Positions 44,304-52,774 of a DNA stretch of 64,000 nucleotides are shown here, in pieces; position 1 is the first letter of the stretch, and every line of letters begins with the position of its first letter. Under the pieces are notes generated by a model that searched no databases, was not told where the DNA came from, and saw only the letters and a list, made by a program, of their open reading frames with translations. The DNA comes from a virus (lineage: Duplodnaviria > Heunggongvirae > Uroviricota > Caudoviricetes), in IMG/VR virus record IMGVR_UViG_3300018481_000002, positions 23,199 through 87,198 of that record; one strand, given 5' to 3'. The position numbers and the translations under genes are program-made.

Positions 44304-44627
44304 TGACTCCTTCCCCAGCGTTCTCAACTCACGTTGGAGCTCCTCGGCTGCGATGCGCCTCTGCTTGGCCAGGTCGGTTTCGTGCTTGGCTGCTTCCAAC
44401 TCCAGCCGCCGCTTCTTGGCAAGGCGCTCTCCAGCGTCGAACCCTTTCGCGATCTTCTTGCCCACCGCGTAAGGCAGAACCAGAAGCCAGAACACCGAGA
44501 TCATGAAGACCGAGAACTCCGTGTCGGCGTAGCGGCCCCTGTATACGTGTCGTCTGGCTGGCCCAACGGCCATGCCGATCCCGGCGAGGTAAGCGGCAAT
44601 GCCAAGTACGATCCACACGGCGATCAT
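44301..44627 (-). CDS. membrane protein (108 aa, 2 TM)
   Basis: ORF track; hydrophobic N-terminus. Confidence 0.55.
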   Translation of the reverse strand: MIAVWIVLGIAAYLAGIGMAVGPARRHVYRGRYADTEFSVFMISVFWLLVLPYAVGKKIAKGFDAGERLAKKRRLELEAAKHETDLAKQRRIAAEELQRELRTLGKES

Positions 44628-44884
44628 CTGCCGATCCTCTTCACGAGCGCGTACGAGACGATGTGCGCCTCTTCGTGGCGACGGCGTTCACCAGGGAGAG
44701 GGAACGGTCCCGATCCGACCACCTTGAGCATGGGTGGGCCGATCAGGTCGATCACTTCCTTCCTGGCGGCAGCCGCTTCCTTCTTCGCCTTGCGTCTGCG
44801 CCACGGGTTGAGTTCCATGCGCCAGTTGTTGTTGGCTACGCCGTAGGACAGGATCTTCAGTTCCACTAGCCGTTGGTCGGGCAT
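44624..44884 (-). CDS. hypothetical small protein (86 aa)
   Basis: ORF trimmed to MPDQRLVELKIL; ATGA coupling. Confidence 0.45.
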   Translation of the reverse strand: MPDQRLVELKILSYGVANNNWRMELNPWRRRKAKKEAAAARKEVIDLIGPPMLKVVGSGPFPLPGERRRHEEAHIVSYALVKRIGR

Positions 44885-45189
44885 CACACCTCCCTCCTGT
44901 CGCCGTCGATCAAGGGCCTCTCGGTCTTGCGGTAGATGGTCAACTTCTCCTCCTTGAACTCCGCCAGGACGTAGGCACCCTTCACGCACTTGGCGTCCTG
45001 CCAGGTCTTGCCCATCAGGATTGCGCCGTCGAGTGCAGAACAGGCACCGTGAAGCGCCCCGACGAGCGCGACGTCGGCTTCCCGTTCCCGCTGCTCCTTG
45101 TCGGCGTTGTCGTGTTCGACCTTGCTGGCGAACGCGTAGAGGACGATGAACGTCACTAGGCCCAGCGTCCATCCGATGTTGCGTTTCAT
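44884..45189 (-). CDS. secreted/membrane-anchored small protein
   Basis: ORF trimmed to MKRNIGWTLGLVTFIVLYAFA with ctAGGAGG RBS. Confidence 0.5.
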   Translation of the reverse strand: MKRNIGWTLGLVTFIVLYAFASKVEHDNADKEQREREADVALVGALHGACSALDGAILMGKTWQDAKCVKGAYVLAEFKEEKLTIYRKTERPLIDGDRREV

Positions 45190-45197
45190 GGTTCCTC

Positions 45198-45401
45198 CTA
45201 GCGCACGATGTTGGCGGCGAGAAGCCCGGCGAAGAGGCCCGGCAACACCACCACTACGAACACGAACTCGGCGCTGCCCTTCACGCTCTTCTCGACGACC
45301 AGGGTGGCGTGGTACTTGGCGATCAGCATCAGCGCGTACATGACGTTCACGACCAGACCGAACACGCTGAAGATGAGCGCGAATGCGTTCAAGTCGCTCA
45401 T
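45198..45401 (-). CDS. small membrane protein (67 aa, 2 TM)
   Basis: ORF track. Confidence 0.5.
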   Translation of the reverse strand: MSDLNAFALIFSVFGLVVNVMYALMLIAKYHATLVVEKSVKGSAEFVFVVVVLPGLFAGLLAANIVR

Positions 45402-45592
45402 CAGAACGCCTCCATGTCGTACGGGTCGTAGTCGGGGTTGGTGAGCACGTCACGTCCCATCATCGGAACCGGCACACCACCCCTACGCCCCTCGATGGAG
45501 CCGCGAGGCTTCAAGATCCTCGACTTCGCGGGCTCCTCCAGGTCCATCTCGGCCACCACACGTTCGGTGGTCTCGGTTGTGTTCTCGGTCAT
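45401..45592 (-). CDS. hypothetical small protein (63 aa)
   Basis: ORF trimmed to MTENTTETTE. Confidence 0.45.
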   Translation of the reverse strand: MTENTTETTERVVAEMDLEEPAKSRILKPRGSIEGRRGGVPVPMMGRDVLTNPDYDPYDMEAF

Positions 45593-45831
45593 CAGTCCTC
45601 TTCTCTCGCCCAGTGTTGTTCCTCGGCACCGCAGATGTGACACGACTTCGGTGGCGGAGGTGGCTTCGGCTTGCGGTCCTCCAGGAACTCGTCGATGAGG
45701 TCGTCGGTGGGCAGGGGCCGGATGTTCTTGCCCTTGCACCACGTCAGGAACTCCTCGAACAGGTTCGGCCACAGCCGCTGGTACTGCGGTGCGTGCTCGT
45801 CGATCTCCTCGTCGGTGATCTCCGCGTGCAT
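45592..45831 (-). CDS. hypothetical small protein (79 aa), Pro-rich linker
   Basis: ORF trimmed to MHAEITDEEIDE. Confidence 0.5.
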   Translation of the reverse strand: MHAEITDEEIDEHAPQYQRLWPNLFEEFLTWCKGKNIRPLPTDDLIDEFLEDRKPKPPPPPKSCHICGAEEQHWAREED

Positions 45832-46256
45832 CACTCCTCCTTCTTGAACTTGCCCTGGAACACCAGGTGCCTGTGCAGGGCAGCGTCGTGGACCTCCTTG
45901 GAGCGGGTGATCCGTGTCCGGTGCCTGCCCTTGGCCTTGATGGGTGGGTGGACCTTCGGCATGCCCTCCACGTACGGGGAACGCCAACCGTGCATCAGGT
46001 CATGGGGGCAGGCAGCGATGCCATACCCGCCTGTGACCTTGTGGCAGATGGTGCACACCTCGGTCACGCACCAGCCCCATGAGCAGACAACGAAGTCCTG
46101 CTGGTCGTGGAAGTCGCGGGAAGCCTCCATGTAGGCCTCCCACTGGCCCTGGTCCATGTCGTTCCACACGATGCCGAACTCCTCGACCGGCTGGCCCCCA
46201 GTGGCGGCGTGTGCGTAGTCGTCGTAGTTGGGCTCGTGTACACAGGGTTTGGTCAT
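45831..46256 (-). CDS. Cys/His-rich putative zinc-binding protein (141 aa)
   Basis: ORF trimmed to MTKPCVHEPNYD with GAGGAGG RBS; CSWGWCVTEVCTICHK...CPH. Confidence 0.55.
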   Translation of the reverse strand: MTKPCVHEPNYDDYAHAATGGQPVEEFGIVWNDMDQGQWEAYMEASRDFHDQQDFVVCSWGWCVTEVCTICHKVTGGYGIAACPHDLMHGWRSPYVEGMPKVHPPIKAKGRHRTRITRSKEVHDAALHRHLVFQGKFKKEE

Positions 46257-46660
46257 GATTCCTCCTCGTTGGGCGTCCAGTAGCCGTGCTTGGACAGGGC
46301 TTCCACCTGCTCCTCGGTGTAGCCCTCGTCTCTGAACTCCTGCTTGCACGTCTCGCACATGCCGGAGCCAGCCTCACGCCACTTGGGTTCCCACCAGATG
46401 TCCAGGTGACCGAGAGGCCACAACATGAACGTGACCGCACGGTTGCAGTCCTCGTCGGCACCCTGACTGACGCCAGGCCACATCCGGCTGGTGTTCTTCG
46501 TGGAGTGCCACCTGGCCCGGTGCTGGCCACGCCAGTACAAGGTCACGTTCCACCCGTAGTCGATGACATCAGGGCCACGCTTGGTCGGCGGTGGCCTGTC
46601 CAGGTCGACCTCCAGCCAGTCATCCCAGGCCAGCGACCGGTGGAACTTGAGTCTGATCAC
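46253..46660 (-). CDS. hypothetical Trp-rich protein (135 aa)
   Basis: ORF track. Confidence 0.55.
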   Translation of the reverse strand: MIRLKFHRSLAWDDWLEVDLDRPPPTKRGPDVIDYGWNVTLYWRGQHRARWHSTKNTSRMWPGVSQGADEDCNRAVTFMLWPLGHLDIWWEPKWREAGSGMCETCKQEFRDEGYTEEQVEALSKHGYWTPNEEES

Positions 46661-47376
46661 TCCTCGTCTCCCTTCTGGTTGCGCAGCGCAGCGAGGCTGC
46701 GGAACACGCCAGCCCAGCCACCAGCGTGCGGGTGCTCGATGATGTTGGCGTGCTCCGTCCGCACACCCAGACCTTCAATCAGACGCTCCGACAGGTCATC
46801 GGTGTGCCCGGTGTCGATGCGCTCGTCACCCTGGAACAGGGCAGCATCGTTCATCCCCGGCGCGTACACCAGGGTCAGGCCCTCGGCACGCTTGGGGATC
46901 ACCCTGCGCATGGTGCAGCGACGGACACGCTCCTCGAACTCGGCCTCGGTGATGGGCTCGTCCCATGAGCGGGTGCCGTCACGCCACCCATCGGGGTCCA
47001 TCACCTCGTACCCGAGCTCCACGCACCACTCGATGGGGAGCCGGTGGTCACCCTGCCCTTGTGCGACAGCGTTGCGGCGTGCCTGGTGGGCGATCTCCTC
47101 GTTCAGAGCAGCGACCTGCTTGGCGAGGTCGTCACTCCGGCTCTGGTGCCAGGCGAGTTCGTTCTCCAGCCACTCGTTGCGTGACTTGAAGTCGTCACGC
47201 TCCTGGAGCACGTCCAAGCCGAAGGTCTCGTCCGGCTTCACCACCGGGTTGTAGTGCGAGAACGCTGCGTCCAGGAGTTGCTGGACAACCCTGACGGCAT
47301 CCTCGGGCTCGTGCATCTGGCCGGGGATGGGGTCGAGGGCAACCCCTACGGTCATGGTGACGATGTTGCGCTTCAT
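46657..47376 (-). CDS. hypothetical protein (239 aa)
   Basis: ORF track. Confidence 0.6.
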   Translation of the reverse strand: MKRNIVTMTVGVALDPIPGQMHEPEDAVRVVQQLLDAAFSHYNPVVKPDETFGLDVLQERDDFKSRNEWLENELAWHQSRSDDLAKQVAALNEEIAHQARRNAVAQGQGDHRLPIEWCVELGYEVMDPDGWRDGTRSWDEPITEAEFEERVRRCTMRRVIPKRAEGLTLVYAPGMNDAALFQGDERIDTGHTDDLSERLIEGLGVRTEHANIIEHPHAGGWAGVFRSLAALRNQKGDEE

Positions 47377-47402
47377 GGTGCTTCTCCTTGCGTTGGTGGT
47401 GG

Positions 47403-47828
47403 TCAGACGTGGGCGGGGGTGAGGATGGACACCCAGGCGGCGTGGAGTTTGGCGTACTCGCCGTCGATGAAGGTGTTGCCCTCATTCGACTCGCACCCTG
47501 GGTTGAACCGCTCCAGGTGGTCATGGTCCAACTCGAAGCCGTGCTCGCTGGTCCAGCGGTCCTGTTCTTCGCGCCACTGGTACTTCCTCTCCAGGAACGC
47601 CTCGATGGCCTCGTCCGGTCCTAGTTCTCCACCGGTCCACGGGACAGCGAGGTCCAGCGCGAAGTTGAACCCGCCGATTACCTGACCCAGCACGCAGTCC
47701 GCGACGCTGTGCAGGTCGAGTCGTTCCAGGCTGACGCGGGCACGCCAGTCGAAGTGCAGGTTGGCGTCCAGCCACTCCACACCCTTGCGGGCCTTGGTGG
47801 TGTACTCGTCGATGGTGGGTGTGGGCAT
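47403..47828 (-). CDS. hypothetical protein (141 aa)
   Basis: ORF trimmed to MPTPTIDEYT with AAGGAGA RBS. Confidence 0.55.
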   Translation of the reverse strand: MPTPTIDEYTTKARKGVEWLDANLHFDWRARVSLERLDLHSVADCVLGQVIGGFNFALDLAVPWTGGELGPDEAIEAFLERKYQWREEQDRWTSEHGFELDHDHLERFNPGCESNEGNTFIDGEYAKLHAAWVSILTPAHV

Positions 47829-47975
47829 CTCAGTTCTCCTTGATGTGCGGGCAGGGATCGAGCGGACAGTTCTGGTCGTGGTGACCATGGCGGTACAGGC
47901 CGTAGCCTTCGAGGCGGCGCAACTCGGCGCAGTCACGCACCGGGTCCTCGCCCCACTTGATTCCGTTGGGCATGT
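47829..47975 (-). CDS. possible 48-aa Cys/His peptide
   Basis: unlisted ORF MPNGIKWGEDPVRDCAELRRLEGYGLYRHGHHDQNCPLDPCPHIKEN with GAAGGAG RBS. Confidence 0.4.
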
Positions 47976-48002
47976 GCATCTCCTTCGTGGGCGTACAAGG
48001 CG

Positions 48003-48030
48003 GGCAGCCAGCGCCCGATCGCTGGCTGCC
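48003..48030 (-). terminator. perfect 11-bp hairpin GGCAGCCAGCG-cccgat-CGCTGGCTGCC after 48052..48744
   Basis: seen directly. Confidence 0.45.
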
Positions 48031-48051
48031 ACCTTGAACACCCGAGTGGGT

Positions 48052-48744
48052 TCAGGCCACCGGCTGACCGGTCACGGCGTCGACCCAGCCCTTGCGGAAC
48101 GCCTTGGCGACGTACTTGTCGATCTGCTTGGGCGTACGGCGGGCCTCGTGACCCTCCGGCAGGGTCGCGTTGGTCTCCGCGAGGTTCTCGCGCAGCCACC
48201 ACTCACGCTTCTTGGTGGCCTGGCCGAACTGGTTGCGCGGGGCACGACGACGACGCTGCTCCGCCTCGCTGGCCTCCTCGAAGGACACCCGCTTGCGGAC
48301 CTTGACCTCGGGCTCGGGGGTCACGACGGCCTTGGCCTTCTTGCCCTTCTTGCCCTTCTTCGCCTTGCCGCCCTGGGACTCGCGGGTCACGGCCTGCGCC
48401 TTGCCCACGATGTCCACACCCTTGGCGCGCTCCACGTTGCGGGAGCCGATGGCCCACGTGCCCACCAGCGGCTGCTTCTGGAGCACCACGGCCTTCGACA
48501 GGTTCAGGACACTGGTGTGGTCCTGCGCCCAGTCGTGGTCGGCGATGAACCGCTCACGGTTCTTGCTGGTCAGGCAGCGGTGACCCTCCACCTGGCCGTT
48601 GACGGCGGGCTTGCGTGCCGCCATCTTGCGGGGCTTGCCCTTGTTGGCCCGCTTGGTCTTCGCGGGCGTGTCCAGGTCCAGCCCGTAGGCCTTGACCAGG
48701 ATCTGCAGACCCTTGCGGGCGAGCGGGGACAGGTTCTTCGACAT
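48052..48744 (-). CDS. hypothetical basic protein (230 aa)
   Basis: ORF track; GAGGAGG RBS. Confidence 0.6.
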   Translation of the reverse strand: MSKNLSPLARKGLQILVKAYGLDLDTPAKTKRANKGKPRKMAARKPAVNGQVEGHRCLTSKNRERFIADHDWAQDHTSVLNLSKAVVLQKQPLVGTWAIGSRNVERAKGVDIVGKAQAVTRESQGGKAKKGKKGKKAKAVVTPEPEVKVRKRVSFEEASEAEQRRRRAPRNQFGQATKKREWWLRENLAETNATLPEGHEARRTPKQIDKYVAKAFRKGWVDAVTGQPVA

Positions 48745-48817
48745 GCTGTTGCCTCCTCAGGCATCGGAGCCACACACCTTGTGTGGTCTCGGTTGGACTC
48801 ACCTTCGAGCCCATGAA

Positions 48818-48841
48818 GGGCCACGGCGCTACCCGTGGCCC
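48818..48841 (-). terminator. hairpin GGGCCACG-N8-CGTGGCCC
   Basis: seen directly. Confidence 0.35.
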
Positions 48842-48850
48842 AACATGGTG

Positions 48851-49026
48851 CTAGCGGGGAGGGGTGACCGTGCGGTGCTTCAGCACGACCCTGGGCACGA
48901 AGCGCTGCTCAGCGAGCCGGATGCGCTCCTCCTCGGCCTGGCGACGCTCCCTGGAGGCGCGGAACTCGGCGGCCTGGCGGTTGACGCGTGCCCGGAACAC
49001 GGTGGCGGGGGTGGCGTTCGTCTGCA
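48851..49026 (-). CDS. possible 58-aa basic peptide
   Basis: unlisted ORF MQTNATPATVFRARVNRQAAEFRASRERRQAEEERIRLAEQRFVPRVVLKHRTVTPPR with AAGGAGA RBS. Confidence 0.4.
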
Positions 49027-49057
49027 TGATGGTTCTCCTTGGTGGTGGTGGTGGAGG

Positions 49058-49074
49058 TTTGGACGGGTGTCCGA
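49058..49074. promoter_or_regulatory. palindromic motif TTGGACGGGTGTCCGAA (GGAC-N4-GTCC)
   Basis: member of recurrent CGGAC-N4/5-GTCCG set (14071, 17388, 50631, 51050, 51371, 53241, 55141). Confidence 0.4.
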
Positions 49075-49077
49075 ACC

Positions 49078-49542
49078 TCAGATCCCGCCGAGGTCGGCGA
49101 TCTCGGCGGGTGTGAAGCCGGTGAGCAGGCCAACGGCAGCCTCGGTGGAGCCGTCAAGGTGGGTGAGTGAGTCCTTGACAGCAGCGTTGATGGTCGCCAT
49201 CTCCCTGGTGGTGGGGTGCTCGCCACCGTGGTCCTGGGGCAGCAGGCAGTAGTCACCCCGACCGAGAGCGAACGAGCACGCAGCCACCGGGGTGGCGGTC
49301 GGCGAGCCGTGCAGGGTGAGGCCCTTGGCGGTCAGGGCCACGTTGCGTCCGTTGACGGTGAGTGTCCCGTCGGACATGTACTCCACGAACCTGGGGTCCA
49401 GGTGGTCCATGTCGGCGTGGGCGAGAGCCAGTCGGGCAGCGGCCTCGATGCCGTGTCCCTCGTCCAGGACACCGTCGAAGTACCGGTAGACGGCGGCCTC
49501 GGCAGCGGTGAACTCCACCGTGCGAGCGTCGAGGCGCTTCAC
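49078..49542 (-). CDS. hypothetical protein (about 154 aa)
   Basis: ORF 49078..49905 trimmed to GTG (VKRLDARTVEF) with GTGA overlap; upstream part Gln/Gly/Arg artefact. Confidence 0.5.
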   Translation of the reverse strand: MKRLDARTVEFTAAEAAVYRYFDGVLDEGHGIEAAARLALAHADMDHLDPRFVEYMSDGTLTVNGRNVALTAKGLTLHGSPTATPVAACSFALGRGDYCLLPQDHGGEHPTTREMATINAAVKDSLTHLDGSTEAAVGLLTGFTPAEIADLGGI

Positions 49543-49826
49543 TTCGAGCCACCCTTCTTGGCCGCCTTGCCCTTGGGGTTGCCCCTGGCCTTCTTGGGGG
49601 TCACAGTGGCCTCGACCTTGGGCTTGCCCTTGTCCTTGGGCTTGGGGTGCCCGTTGGCCTGCCCCAGGAGTCGGTCGCGCTCCTTGACGGCACCGACACC
49701 GGTCCCGAGCCGGGTGTCGAGGACGCCGAGCTGGCCCTTCCAGTCCCGGGTGGCCCTGGCCTCGGTGTTGGCCTCGGCGACACCCTGGCGCTGGTCCTGC
49801 CTGGCCCTGCTGTTGTTCCTTGGCAT
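49539..49826 (-). CDS. Lys-rich basic protein (95 aa)
   Basis: ORF track; AAGGAGG RBS. Confidence 0.5.
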   Translation of the reverse strand: MPRNNSRARQDQRQGVAEANTEARATRDWKGQLGVLDTRLGTGVGAVKERDRLLGQANGHPKPKDKGKPKVEATVTPKKARGNPKGKAAKKGGSK

Positions 49827-49910
49827 GGTTGTGCCTCCTTTGTGCAGAGGTGACCGTCACCTCTCCGCTGCCCACCAGCACGAGGCTGGTGGGCGCGGGC
49901 TTCATGGCGG

Positions 49911-50306
49911 TCAGTTGCAGATGTCGCAGAAGCGGTCGCCGCAGGGGTACGTCTCGGGGCTCATCACCCAGGCGAAGAGGTCGCGCTCCTCGTCGGACTC
50001 GGGCATCTCCAGGATGTCCGCCTCGATGGTGTCCTCCCAGAACTCGAAGGACTCGCAGTCGCGTGCCCAGTCCAGCGCCTCCTGGGCGGCCTCAGCGGCC
50101 TCCTCGGCCAGTTCGGCGAGGCCCTCAGCGATCGCCTTGGCGGCACCGAAGCGGGCGTCGATCACACGGGGGGTGGTGCCCCAGCGGATCTCGGAGCCGC
50201 GTCCCTTCTCCTTGTACCAGCGGTTGGTGGTGGCGGCGCTCTCGCCGCCGTGGCCACCACCCCTGCGGCCAGGGAGTCGAGGGCGGATGGTGCGGGAGTC
50301 GTACAT
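49911..50306 (-). CDS. hypothetical acidic protein (131 aa)
   Basis: ORF trimmed to MYDSRTIRPR with ttAGGAGG RBS. Confidence 0.55.
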   Translation of the reverse strand: MYDSRTIRPRLPGRRGGGHGGESAATTNRWYKEKGRGSEIRWGTTPRVIDARFGAAKAIAEGLAELAEEAAEAAQEALDWARDCESFEFWEDTIEADILEMPESDEERDLFAWVMSPETYPCGDRFCDICN

Positions 50307-50382
50307 GTTGCCTCCTAAGGGCATCGTTGGGCTGACACTTCCAAGGGCCACCCAGCCCGATCTGGGTGGCCGTGTGCAGGTG

Positions 50383-50589
50383 TCAGGCCTGGCGGACGGT
50401 GACGGGGTGACGCTGCCCGTCGGTCAGTCGGGAGAAGGCGTGCTTGGCGACCCTGGGCTTGCGCGCCAACTTGGCGGGCTGGGTCATGTCGACCGTCTCC
50501 ACCACCAGGTGCGGGTTGTTGACCCGGTGGCCGTCGGTGTTCGTCTGGTGCCGCAGCGTGGAGCCGACGAACAGGGCGTGGTTTTGCAT
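50383..50589 (-). CDS. hypothetical small protein (68 aa)
   Basis: ORF trimmed to MQNHALFVGS with cAGGAGG RBS. Confidence 0.5.
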   Translation of the reverse strand: MQNHALFVGSTLRHQTNTDGHRVNNPHLVVETVDMTQPAKLARKPRVAKHAFSRLTDGQRHPVTVRQA

Positions 50590-50630
50590 GGTGGCCTCCT
50601 GGGCCTTGGTGTGCAGATACCGCTGCACTC

Positions 50631-50650
50631 GGTCCGGACGGGTGTCCGTA
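50631..50650. promoter_or_regulatory. palindromic motif GGTCCGGACGGGTGTCCGTA
   Basis: CGGAC-N4-GTCCG; followed (minus strand) by TCTGCACA box, RBS, ATG. Confidence 0.45.
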
Positions 50651-50655
50651 GCGAA

Positions 50656-50680
50656 CCCTCAACCCCCGAGAGGTTGAGGG
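50656..50680 (-). terminator. hairpin CCCTCAAC-N9-GTTGAGGG just after stop of 50698..51012
   Basis: seen directly. Confidence 0.4.
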
Positions 50681-50697
50681 CCGCTAGCCAGTACCCG

Positions 50698-51012
50698 TCA
50701 GACGGTGGCGGTGGCGGCCTTGACGGCCGCCTTGGTGAAGGTGATGCCGTCCTTGGCCTTGAGGGCCACGACCGCCTTCACCCACGCCGCACGGGTGTAG
50801 TTCTTGCCCAGCGACGCGCCCAGGGTGGAACGCTCCACCTTGGTCAGCCCACCGAGGACGGTGGCGCTGCGGCGGTTGACCCGCTTGGCGCGCATGTCCT
50901 TGGCGAACGTGTTCTTCTTGGCCTTGGCCTTCTTGGTCTTCGCGGGGACGAGGTCGAACCCCATCTGTGCCGCGAGGGCCTTCAGGGCCTTGGTGTCCTG
51001 CTTCGCGCTCAT
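50698..51012 (-). CDS. small basic protein (104 aa), paralog of 53321..53611
   Basis: MSAKQDTKALKALAAQMGFDLVPAKTKKAKAKK vs MSKQQNTKALQALAAEMGFDLVPAKAKKAKK. Confidence 0.6.
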   Translation of the reverse strand: MSAKQDTKALKALAAQMGFDLVPAKTKKAKAKKNTFAKDMRAKRVNRRSATVLGGLTKVERSTLGASLGKNYTRAAWVKAVVALKAKDGITFTKAAVKAATATV

Positions 51013-51049
51013 GGGAGCACCTTTCTGTTTGCGCAGTACCGCTGCGCAC

Positions 51050-51070
51050 GGTCCGGACTGAGTGTCCGTA
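51050..51070. promoter_or_regulatory. palindromic motif GGTCCGGACTGAGTGTCCGTA
   Basis: CGGAC-N5-GTCCG; same downstream architecture. Confidence 0.45.
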
Positions 51071-51087
51071 GCGAAGGTCCAGCCGTA

Positions 51088-51107
51088 ACTGGACCCCGCT
51101 AACCGGT
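51088..51107 (-). terminator. hairpin GGTCCAG-ccgtaa-CTGGACC
   Basis: seen directly. Confidence 0.35.
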
Positions 51108-51112
51108 ACTCG

Positions 51113-51324
51113 TCAGGCACCAGACCAGGTGTCGAACTGGTCCTTGGGCTTGGGGGCGACGTGGTTGAGGTAGGCGAAGGTGATGATCTTCTGCATGCAG
51201 CGCAGGGCGCACCAGAAGCACCTGCCCTCGAAGCAACCAGTGGCGCAGCAGGGCGGGGGCGTGATCATCGGGCACCGAACCTTCCCGCGAACACGATCTT
51301 GAGCAGGGAGCGGAAGTTCTTCAT
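51113..51324 (-). CDS. possible 19-aa leader ORF (MKNFRSLLKIVFAGRFGAR) coupled by ATGA to 51-aa Cys-rich ORF (MITPPPCCATGCFEGRCFWCALRC...)
   Basis: strong ccAAGGAGG RBS before first ATG; both ORFs read from minus strand; speculative. Confidence 0.25.
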
Positions 51325-51370
51325 GGCGTGGCCTCCTTGGGCCTTTGTGCAGAAGCCGTCTGCGGCGGTT

Positions 51371-51390
51371 TTGGACGAGTGTCCGGATCA
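51371..51390. promoter_or_regulatory. palindromic motif TTGGACGAGTGTCCGGATCA overlapping stop of 51388..51588
   Basis: identical core GAGTGTCCGGATCA also abuts MoxR stop at 17388..17403. Confidence 0.45.
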
Positions 51391-51588
51391 CACCCAGGGG
51401 AGCCGGTAGATGATCTCCCCCACGAGGTAGTCCCGCTTGGTGGTGGGGTCGGTGTAGCGGTTGCGGTGGGCGAGGCGGCGGGTCCAGCGGATGAAGTCGG
51501 GCCAGGCCTCCACGGCGCAGATGGCCAGGGTGATGAGCAGGGCCACCCACAGGGGCCAAAAGGCGAGGATGAGGGCGTGGTTGTTCAT
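51388..51588 (-). CDS. small membrane protein (66 aa)
   Basis: ORF trimmed to MNNHALILAFWPLWVALLITLAICAV; ATGA coupling. Confidence 0.45.
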   Translation of the reverse strand: MNNHALILAFWPLWVALLITLAICAVEAWPDFIRWTRRLAHRNRYTDPTTKRDYLVGEIIYRLPWV

Positions 51589-51953
51589 CGGGCACCTACC
51601 GACCAGGTGAGGTTTTGGGCGATGTCCTCGGCGCTGTTCCCCAGGACACCCCCTACCCACACCGCTTCGGTGACGTGGTTGTGGGAGAGGTTGCCCATGA
51701 CCACGTTGAACTGGCCTTGCTCCTGGAGCACTCTGCACACGGCCAGGTAGAGGGCCGCCTCAGTAGGGGGCTTCTGAGGGGGGGCCTCCACAGGGGGGCT
51801 TTTGTGGGGCCTCTTGTGGCGGGGCCTGTAGTCGGACCAGGCGGCAGCGAAGATTGCTGCTGCTGCGGCGGGGGGGAACCATGCGGTCACTGCACAGACC
51901 ACACAGTCGGGGGACCACATGAAGTCCCACCAGAAGGCGATGATGTCGAGCAT
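51585..51953 (-). CDS. membrane protein (122 aa)
   Basis: ORF track; hydrophobic segments. Confidence 0.5.
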   Translation of the reverse strand: MLDIIAFWWDFMWSPDCVVCAVTAWFPPAAAAAIFAAAWSDYRPRHKRPHKSPPVEAPPQKPPTEAALYLAVCRVLQEQGQFNVVMGNLSHNHVTEAVWVGGVLGNSAEDIAQNLTWSVGAR

Positions 51954-51968
51954 GGGAATCTTCCTTTC

Positions 51969-52340
51969 CTAGTAGGCGTCGGCCAGGTCGGCGATCGCCA
52001 TGGCGGTGGTTGCGGGGTCGGAGTCGGGCTCGGCCATGAAGGCGGCGATGTGCTTGTTGAGCCACTTGCGGGGGTAGGCCTTGGACACGTAGTCCCACAC
52101 GTCCAACTCCTTGAGCTCGGCCTTGACGGCCTTGCGGTAGTGCTTCTCCACGTCGTAGGGCGCGAAGTAGAGGATCTGGTGCCAGGGGATCCTCAGGTCG
52201 CCCAGGGAGAGGGCGTAGTCGGGGTAGCGGTCATCGACCACGTGGGCGATGTACTTGCCCTGCCAGGTCTTGTCCCGGGCGGACAGGTAGACCACCTCCA
52301 CCACGGTGCCCACAGTGGGGTACTGGGCGGGGGGCCTCAC
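51969..52340 (-). CDS. hypothetical protein (about 123 aa)
   Basis: GTG start with GTGA overlap; upstream ORF portion His/Pro artefact. Confidence 0.5.
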   Translation of the reverse strand: MRPPAQYPTVGTVVEVVYLSARDKTWQGKYIAHVVDDRYPDYALSLGDLRIPWHQILYFAPYDVEKHYRKAVKAELKELDVWDYVSKAYPRKWLNKHIAAFMAEPDSDPATTAMAIADLADAY

Positions 52341-52774
52341 TTGGCACCGTCCTGGGTGTGGAGGTCCATGACCATGCGGCGGATGCGGCCCATGCGGATC
52401 CCCCACCGTGCCAGCGAAGCCCAGGGGTTGCCCTTCGTGGGCTGGTGGGCGAACAGGTTGTCCAGCCGGGAGTCGAACTCACCCTCCACACGGGGCATGT
52501 CCACCAGGGGAGCGGCCTCAGCGAACTCGTAGTGGCCGTGGTTGAACTCGTCCACCAGGGAAGCCACATCCACCGCAGGGGGAACGAACGGGTTAGCACC
52601 GACACGCTTGGTGATGGCGACACCCATGAACGAGAACCCGTTGGCGTCTTGGCAGAACGGGCTGTCGTGGTCGGGCCACAAGATGCAGGCACCGTAGGCA
52701 CCCCGCACCTTCAAGCAGTAGTCGCCCGGGTACGAACGAACCCCCTCAGTGGGGGTGTCGATGATGGTCGTCAT
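52337..52774 (-). CDS. hypothetical protein (145 aa)
   Basis: ORF track. Confidence 0.55.
   Translation of the reverse strand: MTTIIDTPTEGVRSYPGDYCLKVRGAYGACILWPDHDSPFCQDANGFSFMGVAITKRVGANPFVPPAVDVASLVDEFNHGHYEFAEAAPLVDMPRVEGEFDSRLDNLFAHQPTKGNPWASLARWGIRMGRIRRMVMDLHTQDGAK

Noticed and set aside
48909-49256. 115-aa minus-strand ORF
   Set aside because: It is Pro/Thr/Arg-rich. It overlaps the better-supported small ORF 48851-49026 and the gene 49078-49542 in other frames.
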